64,000 nucleotides of DNA from positions 620,001 through 684,000 of the forward strand of contig JAPDFW010000114.1 in assembly GCA_028826165.1 (NCBI GenBank). Reading direction: 5' to 3'. The notes under the pieces were generated by a model, which saw only the letters and a program-made list of their open reading frames with translations, ran no database searches and was not told where the DNA came from. The translations under genes were made by a program, and so were the position numbers. Within the stretch, counting starts at the first letter, position 1, and every line of letters starts with the position of its first letter. Positions 12,971 through 25,300 of this stretch are shown here, piece after piece. This DNA is from Anaeramoeba ignava BMAN. Taxonomy: Eukaryota > Protista > Anaeramoebae.

Positions 12971-15900
12971 ATGAATTTATCTCAATTTGGTCATTCTAAA
13001 TATTCTGAAAACATTTCTTATATAAATTTTAATCAAGATTCATCTGGCTTTCTTATTACAACACCAAATGGATTAACAATATTTGTAAAAATAAAAATAA
13101 AAACGAAAACAAACAATTTAGAATTTTTTTTTCAATTTAAGAAAACTCAAATTATCTTATCTAATAATAATATAATATAACAAATAAATAAATAAATAAA
13201 TAAATAACAAAAAGCAAATTGATCCACTTGAAATGAAATTCAATCTTTCAGAACTTGGACCTATTAAATTTGCTGAAATGTTTTTTCAAGCTTCATTAGT
13301 GACCTATGTTGTATTTATATTCTAATTAAATATATATTCCAAATTAAATATATTTCAAATTAAATAGTTCCAAATTAAATAAATATTCAAAATTAAATTA
13401 TATATTCCAAATTAAATATTTATTCAAAATTAAATATATATTCAAAATTAAATATATATTCAAAATTAAATATATATTCAAAATTAAATATATTTTCCAA
13501 ATTAAATATATATTCCAAATTAAATATATATATTCCAAATTAAATATATATTCAAATTAAATATATATTCCAAATTAAATATATTCCAAATTAAATATAT
13601 ATATTCTAAATTAAAAATTAAATTATATATTCCAAATTAAATATATATTAAAAATAAATTAAATATTTTAAAATTAAAATATATTCAAAATTAAAATATA
13701 TTAAAAATATTCAAAATTAAATATATATTCAAATTCAAAATATATATATTCAAAATTAAATATATATTCCAAATTAAATAAATATATATTCAAAATTAAA
13801 TATATATTCAAAATTAAATATATATTCAAATTAAATAAAATTAAAATATATTTCAAAATTAAATATATATTCAAATTAAATATATATCAAAATTAAAATA
13901 TATATCAAATTAAATATATATTTCAAATTAAAAATATATTTCCAAATTAAATATATTCAAAAATTAAATATATTTCAAATTAAATATATATTTCAAAATT
14001 AAATATATATGTTTCAAAATTAAATATATATTCCAAATTAAATAAATATATTCCAAAATTAAATAAATATATATTCTAAATTAAATATATATTTCAAATT
14101 AAATATATTCCAAATTAAAATATATATTCCAAAAATTAAATATATATTCAAAATTAAATATATATTTCAAATTAAAAATCAAAAATTAAAATATATATTT
14201 TCAAAAATTAAATATATATTCCAAATTAAATATATATTCAAAAAAAATAAATTGTGAAAATTAAATATATATTCAAAATTAAATATATATTCAAAATTAA
14301 ATATATATTCAAAAATTAAATATATATTCCAAATTAAATATATATTCAAAATTAAATATATATTCAAAATTAAATAAATATAAAAATTAAATATATATAT
14401 ATTTCAAAATTAAAATATATTTCAAAATTAAATATATATTCAAAATTAAAATATATATTCCAAAATTAAATATATATTTCAAAATTAAATATATATTTCA
14501 AAATTAAAATATATATTCAAAATTAAATAAATATTCCAAATTAAATTCAAAATAAAATATATATTCAAAATTTAAGATATATTCCAAATTAAAATATAAT
14601 AAATTAAATATATTTCCAAATTAAATATATATTCCAAATTAAATATTTATTCCAAATAAAATATATATTCAAAAATTAAATATATATTCCAAATTAAAAA
14701 TATATCCAAATTTTAAATTAAATATATATTCCAAATTAAATAAATATATTCAAAATTAAATATATATTCAAAATTAAATATATTTTTCAAAATAAATATA
14801 TTTTCCAAATTAAATATTTATTCCAAATAAAATATATATTTAAAATTAAATATATATTCAAAATTAAATATATATTCAAAATTAAATATATATTCTAAAT
14901 TAAATATATATTCCAAATTAAATATATATTCCAAATTAAATATATATTCCAAATTAAATAAATAAATATTCTAAATTAAATATATATTCCAAATTAAATA
15001 TTTATTCAAAATTAATTAAATAAATATATTTAAAATTAAATATATATTTCAAATTAAATATATATTCCAAATTAATTATATATTTCAAAATTAAATATTT
15101 AAATTAAATATATATTCCAAATAAAATATATATTTAAAATTAAATATATATTCAAAATTAAATATATATTCAAAATTAAATATATATTCCAAATTAAATA
15201 TTCAAATTAAATATATATTTCCAAATTAAATATATATTCAAAATTAAATATTCAAAATTAAAAATATATAAGAGTGAAAAAGAACCAACAGTCGCTACTT
15301 TATTTCATATCCTAGAAAACAGAAAAATTGTCGACATTACACAAAGTGAAGAGATAATATGGATGGGACAAAATCAAAAAAGACTTATTATTTGCACAAA
15401 AAGTAGTATTGAATTCTATGATATCAAAAAACTATCACATTTAGGATCAATCGAAGAAAAAAACGAAAATACAAAATTTGCATTTTCTTCAAATGATAAA
15501 AGTTTATTTGGATTTTCACATGAAAAAGATGGAGGATATGTGAGTATTTTCGATGCACTTCACATGAAAAAATTATTTACAGTGAAATGTCATAAAACTC
15601 AAATATCAACACTTTCATTTGATCAAGAATCAACAGTTTTTGCAACAACATCAATCACAGGAACTCTTGTGAGGATATTTGAAGTTGAATCACCTCACAA
15701 TCCGTTGAAAGAGTTCCGACGTGGAACCCAAAAAGCAAATGTATATTCAACAGCTTTTTCTTATGATACTTCCTTTTTATGTTTATCTAGTGATCATGGA
15801 ACTTTACATATTTTCAAATTCAAAAAGAAATCAACCGAAACAAAAGAATCTCAAGGAAATTTCCAAGCTTTAACTCAAAAATTATCTTCTGGAAAAGCTT

Positions 15901-16100
15901 TTGCTTATTGTAGTCATGGAATCAAAATTCCTCATATTTGCTCTTTTATGTTCCAAAAAGTTAATGAAGTTGTTGTTATTGGTTGTGATGGAAGAGTTAA
16001 GATTTATCAATTTAATGTTGAAAAAGGAGGAGAATGTAAATTGATTACTGATAATAATTTCTTTCTTGCTATTGATGAGAAGAAAGACAAAAAAAAATAA
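12971..16100 (+). CDS. ATG18: ATG18/WIPI PROPPIN; exons 12971-13084, 13215-13310, 15273-16100
   Basis: The spliced frame is continuous: INFNQDSSG...AEMFFQASLVTYV...ATTSITGTLVRIF...KEFRRGT (phosphoinositide-binding FRRG motif), then SSDHGTLHIF. Confidence 0.92.
13320..15270. repeat. 18-nt minisatellite (CAAAATTAAATATATATT)n filling ATG18 intron 2
   Basis: Degenerate tandem array between the GT donor at 13311 and the AG acceptor ending at 15272. Confidence 0.9.
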
Positions 16101-16261
16101 AATCAAAAGAAAATTTTTTTTTTTTCCTCTTTTTAAATAAATTCCAAAAAGCAAATAAGTAATTTTTCATTTTTTTTTTTTATTTTTGAAATTTGATTTC
16201 TTATGGAAAAAGTTATACTCTTTTTGTTTCTTTTTTTTCTTTTATTTTTTTCAGTAAATTC

Positions 16262-17530
16262 TTTAATAATTTATTTAATAATTTATTTAATAATTGATTT
16301 AATAATTAATTTAATAATTGATTTAATAATTTATTTAATAATTTATTTAATAATTTATTTAATAATTTATTTAATAATTTATTTAATAATTTATTTAATA
16401 ATTTATTTAATAATTTATTTAATAATTAATTTAAAAAAAAGTGGAATAAAAAAGTGGAATTTGAGGATTTAATAATTGATTTAATAATTTATTTAATAAT
16501 TGATTTAATAATTTATTTAATAATTGATTTAATAATTTATTTAATAATTTATTTAATAATTTATTTAATAATTTATTTAATAATTGATTTAATAATTTAT
16601 TTAATAATTTATTTAAAAAGTGATTTAAAAAGGAATAAAAATTTAAGAATTTAATAATTTATTTAATAATTTATTTAATAATTTATTTAATAATTAATTT
16701 AATAATTGATTTAATAATTTATTTAATAATTTATTTAATAATTTATTTTAATAATTTATTTAATAATTTATTTAATAATTTATTTAATAATTTATTTTAA
16801 AAATTTATTTAAAAATTTATTTAATAATTTAATAATTTATTTAATAATTTATTTAATAATTTATTTAATAATTTATTTAATAATTTATTTAATAATTTAT
16901 TTAATATTTTAATAATTTATTTAATAATTTATTTTAATTTATTTAATAATTTATTTAATAATTTATTTAATAATTTATTTAATAATTTATTTAATAATTT
17001 ATTTAATAATTTATTTAATAATTTATTTAATAATTTATTTAATAATTTTAATTTATTTAATAATTTGGGTTTAATAATTTATTTAATAATTTATTTTTAA
17101 TAATTTATTTAATAATTTAAAAATTTAATAATTTATTTAATAATTTATTTAATAATTTATTTAATAATTTATTTAATAATTTATTTAATAATTTATTTAA
17201 TAATTTATTTAATAATTTATTTAATAATTTATTTAATAATTTATTTTAATTTATTTAATAATTTATTTAATAATTTATTTAATAATTTATTTAATAATTT
17301 ATTTTAATTTATTTAATAATTTATTTAATAATTTATTTAATAATTTATTTAATAATTTATTTAAAAAAAAGTGGAATAAAAAAGTGGAATTTAAGAATTT
17401 AATAATTTATTTAATAATTGATTTAATAATTTATTTAACAATTTATTTAAAAATTGATTTAATAATTGATTTAATAATTTATTTAATAATTTATTTAATA
17501 ATTTATTTAATAATTAATTTACTAATTTAT
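16262..17530. repeat. Intergenic 12-nt minisatellite (TTAATAATTTAT)n with duplicated AAAAGTGGAATAAAAAAGTGGAATTT islands
   Basis: Direct tandem repeat, with the islands at ~16435 and ~17365. Confidence 0.93.
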
Positions 17531-17667
17531 TTAAAAAAATTTTTCGAATGAAAAAAATATTTTAACAAAAAAGATTTAATTAATATTTTTTTATTTAAAA
17601 TTTGTTTTATTTTTCATTTTTTTTTATTTTTGTTTTTGTTTTTTTGTTTTTTATTATTTTTAAAAAC

Positions 17668-20216
17668 ATGGATTCAGTTAAATGTGTTGTTGTAGGAGAT
17701 GGAGGAGTTGGAAAATCTTGTTTACTAATATCATACACAACAAATGCTTTTCCATCTGAATATGTACCAACAGTATTTGATAATTATTCAGCAAATGTAA
17801 TGGTAGATGGGAAACCAATCAACTTAGGATTATGGGACACAGCAGGACAAGAAGATTACGATCGATTAAGACCATTATCATATCCACAAACAGATGTATT
17901 TTTGATCTGTTATTCAATCGAAATGCCAACATCATTAGAAAACATTAAAACTAAATGGATTCAAGAAATCCAAATTCATTGCCCTCATGTTCCCTTTTTT
18001 ATAGTTGGTAATAAACTTGATTTGAGAGGAAATCAAGACACTGAAAACAGACTCAAAGATCGAGGACTTCAAATGCTTACAACCGAACAAGGAGAAAGAT
18101 TGGCTCATGAAGTTGGCGCTGCTGGATTTATTGAATGCTCCTCTTTGACTCAACAAAATCTTAAGGCTTTAATGGATGAAGCAATTCGTGTTGCTCTTAA
18201 TCCAAATAATAAAAAGAAAAAAAGAGGAAATTTTTCCAAAAAATCTAAATCAAGATCAAAATCAAAATCTAAATCTAAATTTGTGGAAGAGAAAAAAGTC
18301 TTGACTCCTCCTGTATTGCCTAAAGGTATTCCTGCTCCTTGGATTAACATTATTACTTCCAAATATGATGAAGGTAAATAATTTAGTTTATATTTAAGTT
18401 GTTTAAATTTAAAATTCATTTCAATTTTGTTTTGTTTTATTTTAGATTTGAAGAAATTGGTAAATAACCAATTGTTTTCTGATGTTGAATTTCAAGTGGG
18501 AAAAAGAGTTTTAAATGCACATCGTGTTATTTTATCAGCTGCTTCACGTTTATTTAATCGAATATTTGAAGAATTTGATATGAGAAAAGAAAAGAAAGAG
18601 AAAGAGAAAGAGAAAGAAAAAGAAAAAGAAAAAGAAAATAATAATAATGAAAATGAAAAAGAAAAAGAGAAAGAAAAAGAGAAAGAGAAAGAAAAAGAAA
18701 AAGAAAAGATAATAATAATGATAATGAAAAAGAAGTAAATGAAAAAACAATCGAAGATGCTATTATAAATGCTCCTCATCATTTATGTTGTCCTATTAGG
18801 TACATCATAATATTCTCTTTCAAATATCTTTTTTTCCTCTTCTTAAAAAAAAAAACAATTCCATTTCGTTTTATAAAAAAAAATAGTTTATCTTTAATGA
18901 ATGATCCAGTTCTCACACCTTCTGGAAATACTTATGAAAGACAATCACTTGAAGATTATATTAAACTTAAACATGAAGATCCACTTACACGACAACATCT
19001 TCGAGTTCAAGACTTAATTCCAAATCGGTATTTATTGTTTAATATTCTTCAAATTCATTTTAATTAACACCTTATTTATATTCCAGGGGATTAAAAGATG
19101 CTATTGATGAATACAAAAAACAACATGGAATTCCTATTGAACCTATTGTTGTTCCAAAAGGTCCACAACTTCCTTTACCTGTTAGAGGAGATGATGGTAT
19201 GTGTTTTTTCACAAAATTTTTCCTTTCTTGTTCATTAAAAATTTTTTTTTTGTATTATTTTATTTTCCAATCCAAAATTAAAAAAAAATAAAATTGTAGA
19301 ACTTTTCCATTTTGATGGAATAGAATCAATCGAAGAAATTCCGAATAACAAAATCCAAATTGCTCTTGAAGATACAATTTCTGCAGATAATTTCTTAATC
19401 ATTCTTGAGTTTTTATATACAGGAATAACAACATTCAAAAAAAACTTCACATCACATCGACAACTCCAAGAACTCGCACAAACATTTGAATGCGAAGAGC
19501 TTATAACAATCAGTCGGAATCAACAAGAAGGAAACGATTTCTTAAACCCAAGCATTGGAACTTGGGTGAATGACAAAACAGCAGAAAGATTCAAAGATTT
19601 ATTTCTTCACAAGTCTCGGTTTGCAGATGTTGTTTTTAAAGTGGAAAACGAAAAAGTGTACGGACATCGTGCTTTAATTAGCTGTCGTTGCAAACCGTTA
19701 TCAAATCTGCTTTTGAAACATCAAGGAGAAAAAGCAGAAATCCCGATTGAAAAAACAACTGCAGAGCAATTTAAAGCGTTTCTGGAATACGTTTATACTG
19801 CGCATACTCCTCATCGTAAATTACCTGATTTTCTTGGTGTCATGTCACTTGGTAATAGATTCCAAATGCCGAGATTGGTGACTTTGTGTGAGCTTTATAT
19901 TTCCAAGATTGTCGAAGTCGCAACAAGAAATGATATTATTAAGGCTGACATTGATGTAATTGGAATTCTTGTCGAATCGCAAGATGCCAATGCCCAACAA
20001 CTGGAAAAATTCTGTTTGCACTTCATATCAACTAACTATGGGCCAATGTCACAAAGAGACGAATGGAAAAATTTGAAAGGAAATAATTTGGATTATATTG
20101 AAAAAAATCGTTGGCCTCCTTTAAAATATTTGAAAGAAGTTGAAGAATATGAAAAAGAATTGAAGAAACTTAATTCTTCAAATCCAAATTCAGCTGGAAA
20201 ATGTTTTGTGATGTGA
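17668..20216 (+). CDS. RHOBTB: RhoBTB/RacA-type GTPase: Rac-like domain + Pro-rich linker + split BTB1 with embedded U-box + BTB2 + C-terminal domain + CaaX; exons 17668-18373, 18446-18799, 18887-19027, 19087-19196, 19300-20216
   Basis: GTPase motifs [26 protein letters not shown]; linker PPVLP..PAP. BTB1 halves [16 protein letters not shown] and [11 protein letters not shown]; BTB2 [23 protein letters not shown]. RhoBTB tail [10 protein letters not shown], ending CFVM. All four introns are GT-AG and phase-consistent; one A is missing in the EK repeat near 18705. Confidence 0.92.
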
Positions 20217-20385
20217 AAAGAAAATCAACAAAAAAAAAACAGGAATAATATATTTTGTTTTTAAAAAAAAAAATGTTTTGTTTTCTGGCTGATCAAAAAC
20301 AAGAACTATAAAAATCAAAAAAAATTAATCAAAAAAAAATACAATCATTTCATATTTTTATTTTTTTTTTAAAAATCTAAATTAA

Positions 20386-21006
20386 ATGAACATTTCACAT
20401 AAAAGAAAAAATCAAACCAATTTCAATTCTTTAGCTTTAATGAAAAAAATGCAAAGAACAGGATCAATAAGAATTGGAATAAAAAAAAAAAACAAAAAAG
20501 ATCAAAAAAGTGGAGATTTTACAAAAAAAATTCCTGAAGAAATTTCCTATAAAATATTTAGCAATCTATCTGCAAAAAAATTAATTTTATCAAGTTCTGT
20601 AAATAAAAATTGGAAGAGAATTACAAATGATGAATTTTTATGGGCAAAAATTGTTAGTAATCAATGTCCAAGAAAAGGACATTTAAATTCTTCATGGAAA
20701 CAAGTTTTTCTTGCTTTTTCTAATGAAAAAAACTTGAAAAATATGAAAGAAGAAGTTGCTGAAACATTAAGAATAACAGATATTAATGAGAGTTTTGGAT
20801 ATTTTTCTGGAAAAGAATGTCAAACTCATAATCATCCTTGCATTTTTGCAAAAGGATCTCCAGAAACAAATAATCAAAAATTTGTCATTTCAAGTAAGAA
20901 TTTTTATGAGGAAGTTCCAATTTCAAAATGGGAAGATTCATTTAATTTGTTTTATTTTTTATTAAAGAAAAGAAATTACCATCCTCAATTTAATGATGAA
21001 AATTAG
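20386..21006 (+). CDS. F-box protein (206 aa)
   Basis: F-box motif KKIPEEISYKIFSNLSAKKLILSSSVNKNWKRITNDEFLWAK followed by SWKQVF. Confidence 0.85.
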   Translation: MNISHKRKNQTNFNSLALMKKMQRTGSIRIGIKKKNKKDQKSGDFTKKIPEEISYKIFSNLSAKKLILSSSVNKNWKRITNDEFLWAKIVSNQCPRKGHLNSSWKQVFLAFSNEKNLKNMKEEVAETLRITDINESFGYFSGKECQTHNHPCIFAKGSPETNNQKFVISSKNFYEEVPISKWEDSFNLFYFLLKKRNYHPQFNDEN

Positions 21007-21138
21007 AATTTGGAAAAAGAAAAAGAAAAAAAAGAAAAAAAAAAGAAAAAAAAAAGATTTCATTTTTCTATCAATTTCTCTTTTATTGATTATTATTATA
21101 ATTTATAATAATATTTTTTTTTTTTGATATAAAAACAA

Positions 21139-22186
21139 ATGGAACTTTATGATGTAGTTATTCCTTATAAAAAAAATGCACGTTCGATCCAAATTCAAAT
21201 TAACCAAAAAACAGTAATTAAATTTGAAAGCAAAAATTTAAATAAAAAATAAAAATAAAAATAAAAAATAAAAAATTTAAATAAAAAAATAGTATGATCT
21301 TATCAGAAATAAAGACGAGGAAAATCTTTTTGAAATTAAATTAAAACTCCTTAAAGGTGATTACGAATATACTCTAATTATTGAAGATTGGTTTGGAAGC
21401 AAACAAGAAATAAAAGAAACAATAACAGTTCCAAGTGCAAAAAATGAAAAAAAAGGAAAAAATGTAAAAAATGCAAAAAAACCAACTAGAGAAGTTGAAA
21501 GTAAGCAAAAAAACAAAGCAAAATTGCTTTCCAAATAAATTTTATATAAAAAAATATGAATATTTATTTTGTTCCATTTCATCTCAAAAAAACATGTTAA
21601 ACAAGATAGTTTGGAAATTCCGAAAAAGAAAGTGAAGCTAAGAAAGAATTTCTGGCGCAAGCATTTAACATTACTTTTAACATTACTTGGAATTGCGATT
21701 TCTGTTTTTTTATGGAGTTTAAATACAAAAAGAATGATTGAGATGCTAACATATGCATCATCAAAAAAATTCCAAATGATTGACATCATTTTAAACTATT
21801 TTTTATTTATATTGACGGTAGTTGGATTGCATTATTCCAAGTTACCGAAAAAGATGTGGATTCCTTGCAACTCATTAGTTTTTGCTTATCAGGTTTTGTT
21901 GGATGTAATTTTCAAAACTGATGGAATTTCTGTTGTTTGGAATTGCAATTTTGGATTAGTTTTAACAGAATACGTGCGATTCCAACTGGATTCTACACGT
22001 TTAATTGTTCTTGGTTCTTCTACAATTTTGGCTGATGTGTTTTATTTTATTCGTGATATTTGGGAAAAAGATTTACTCAATTCTTTGGCTCATTTTCTTG
22101 CAATTTGTCTTGGGTTTATAGTCGGAGTTATTTATTTCCGTCTCCGTTCGACCAAAAGAAAAAGTGTATTGTCAAATCGTTATTAA
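21139..22186 (+). CDS. Membrane protein with an N-terminal Ig/CBM48-like domain and a C-terminal rhomboid-like multi-TM domain; exons 21139-21213, 21293-21500, 21606-22186
   Basis: Phase-consistent GT-AG introns. The N-terminal FEIKLKLLKGDYEYTLIIED resembles the AMPK-beta CBM48 pattern. The C-terminus has about 6 TM segments ending NSLAHFLAICLGFIVG (rhomboid TM6-like); there is no GxSG motif. Confidence 0.6.
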
Positions 22187-22324
22187 GAAGAGATTTGAGA
22201 AAAAGAAGATTTAATTTCTTTTTTTTTTTAAAAAAAAAACCAAAATTAAAATCAAAAAATCAAAAAATCATTTTTTTTTTCTTCAAATATATTTTAATTT
22301 TAATTTTAATTTTATTCATTTCGA

Positions 22325-25300
22325 ATGTCTTCTTTTCATTCGAAAGCATTAAATCATCTTGCAAAAGCATTAGCATATTCAGATCCACCATCAAAACAAC
22401 AAGTGGAATCTCTTATTTCATTATGTTCTGAGTATCAATCTGCACATTTAGACAAGAGGTGGACTAATTCTGTAATGGCATTGGCAAATTTTTTAAGGTT
22501 ATCAAAGGGAATGTATCTTCATGAGATATTACCATTAATTTTAGGCAAAGTGAAGAAGGTTTTAGATTATCAATTACAGATTTTAAGTTTAGAAAAAATG
22601 GGTAAATAAAATTTATATTAAAATTCATTTATAAAATTAAAATTTATATTAAAATTAAATTCATTTACAAAATTAAAATTAAAATTAAAATTAAAATTAA
22701 ATTCATTTATAAAATTAATATTAAAATTAAAATTAAATTCATTTATAAAATTAAATTCATTTATAAAATTAAAATTAAAATTAAAATTAAAATTAATATC
22801 AAAATTCATTTATAAAATTTAAATTAATATAAAATTAAAATTTAAATTAAAATTCATTTATAAAATTAAATTAAAATTCATTTATAAAATTAAAATTTAA
22901 ATTAAAATTAAAATTAAAATTAAAATTAAAATTCATATTAAAATTAAAATTAAAATTAAAATTAAAATTAAAATTCATATCAAATTCATTTATAAAATTA
23001 AAATTAAAATTAAATTCATTTATAAAATTTATATTCATTTATAAAATTAAAATTAAATTCATTTATAAAATTTATATCAAATTCATTTATAAAATTAATA
23101 TTAAATTTGAAATAGAAATGTTTATTGAGCGCATATTCGCCATTTTAATCGAAATTTCTCAGTTCAAAAACCCGAAACAAGATACAGAGAAAAACAAAGA
23201 AAACGAGAGCAACACAAAAACAGCAGGATCACACATCATTGATTTTATCATAAGCTCTCTTTCTTCATCATTAAAAAGAATCATACAAAAAACAGACACT
23301 TTAAAACTTTTGAAAGGAATAACAGAAAAACACGTTAAACAAGATAAAAAACAGCAAAAACAACGAGAAAAGAAGGAAAAGAAACAAGGAAAACACGAGA
23401 AAGATGAAGACGAAGATCAAGAGAAAGAGGAAGAGAAGAAAGATGATCAAGAAGAGAAGGAGAAAAACGAGGATCAAGAAAAAAAAGAGGATGAAAAAAA
23501 AGAGGATCAAGAAAAAAAGGAAGAGGATAAAGAAGATAGTGAGGAAGATGAAAAACAGGACGAAAAAGAAGACAAGGAAGATCGAGAGGAGAAAGAAAAG
23601 GACAACATAAACAGCGACAGCAAACGACACGAAGCACTAGGATTTGTGTCGGAATTTAACGCTAAGGAGATGAGTTTTGCAGCGTTTTTAGGCATTACTA
23701 ACGCCCTTGCGACACAATCCGCAATGAACATGAACCACAAGCAACTTGGGACGTTGGTTCATATCTTGTTAAAAACAATAAAGGTTCTTGAAAGACTTAA
23801 AAAAATGGTGCTGTCAAGAATCACACAGACAACAGCAAGTCCGCGCAACGCAAGAAGGAAGTCGCAGAATCTGACACACAATGTGAAATGGTCAGAAGCG
23901 GCAAAGACAGTTGCGCAATTTGTTTCGCGGGGAATAACAACGCTGCGGAGCACAGTGGTAGAGATCTGCGGAAAACTTGTGGATCTTCCCCAGGATATTT
24001 GCCGGCCAAAAGAACGTGACAGGTTCGGTGATATTGCAGAACATATTCTCGCAGCAATACTTGGCCAGGCACGAGGTCAAAAGGCTCGGACAAAACACGG
24101 CCGCGCAAGACAGCTCAGTGCGGTTCTCGAGCTTATTGCCAAAAGCACAGGAAATCAGCCCGAACAGATGATGCGTTCGGTCACTGTTTTGTCCGAAATT
24201 CTTGCAGAAAATCGCAAGTTGGTTACCGTCCTCGGAACTAAGAAGGACGATAAAAACAGCGTCAATGCGGTTCTACACACCGCCATTAAATGCCTTTCGC
24301 TTGTTGGCCAAAGAGAAGCAAGGGTTTCCCGCGTTGTTGTTGATGCTCTAAAAACGTTTCTTGTTTCCACACCAAATCCTGCTTTTGTAGAACTTGCAAG
24401 TGATGAGATATGCGCTGTGTTTCGTGACGAAAGAACAGGATGGAACGTGCAGGGAATCTCTTCCTTCATCTCTTCTTTATCAAGTGAACTTTTTGGGAAT
24501 TGGGGTCAACAATTGAGGACAGATACCCCCAAAGTTCCCGGCAACGCTCTTGTTAATATCGTTATTTTTCTCGGTAAATTGAGCTGTGAATTTGGATCTA
24601 TTGCGGAGCTTGTGGCGATGGTGATCAAACTCCTGGTGTCCAGACTGTGCAATCCAAAACATCCCGTAGATGCGGTTATTGTGAATCAATTAACCCGAAT
24701 TGCGCTTATTGAGGATGGACAAACCGCGCATCTCTCGAAAATACTGTCAGTATTCGAGACAATTATCAAGAACTCGGGAGATGACCGCACAAAAATTGCT
24801 CGCGATGAGATTCCCCAAGCACTTCTGCAGATCGCAGCACGTGTAAAGGCGCCAAGAGCAAAGAACAGGGTTTTGGTGCGTCTTGTCCAGCTTTTTATTC
24901 ATAAATGCGAGGTTATTTCCCGAGAGGCAACAAAACAGGGCATTTCCTCCTCCGCAATGGCTGCTGATCTTGGCGTTCTTCTTCCTGCAATCGCAGCCGC
25001 AGTTAGTGGGTTCAGAGAGATGAAAAAAGCTCTTGCTCTTGAACCAACTTACTCCACATCCCGTCCTGCAATTAAATACAAGAAAATGTTCCGCAGCTTC
25101 TGGTTTTATTGCGTTCTTCACGGATTCGTTGTTGATGGTCTCTGGTTTCCAGAGTGGTTCGCTGCAATAACAACCGTTGCACAGAACATCCCTGCTCTTG
25201 CAAATCGCCATAAAGCTCATGGTCAACTTGAGATTGGCGAGGAACTCCATTCTATCCTCGATTCACACTCGAGCATTGGCGCACTCAAAGAACTCCGAGC

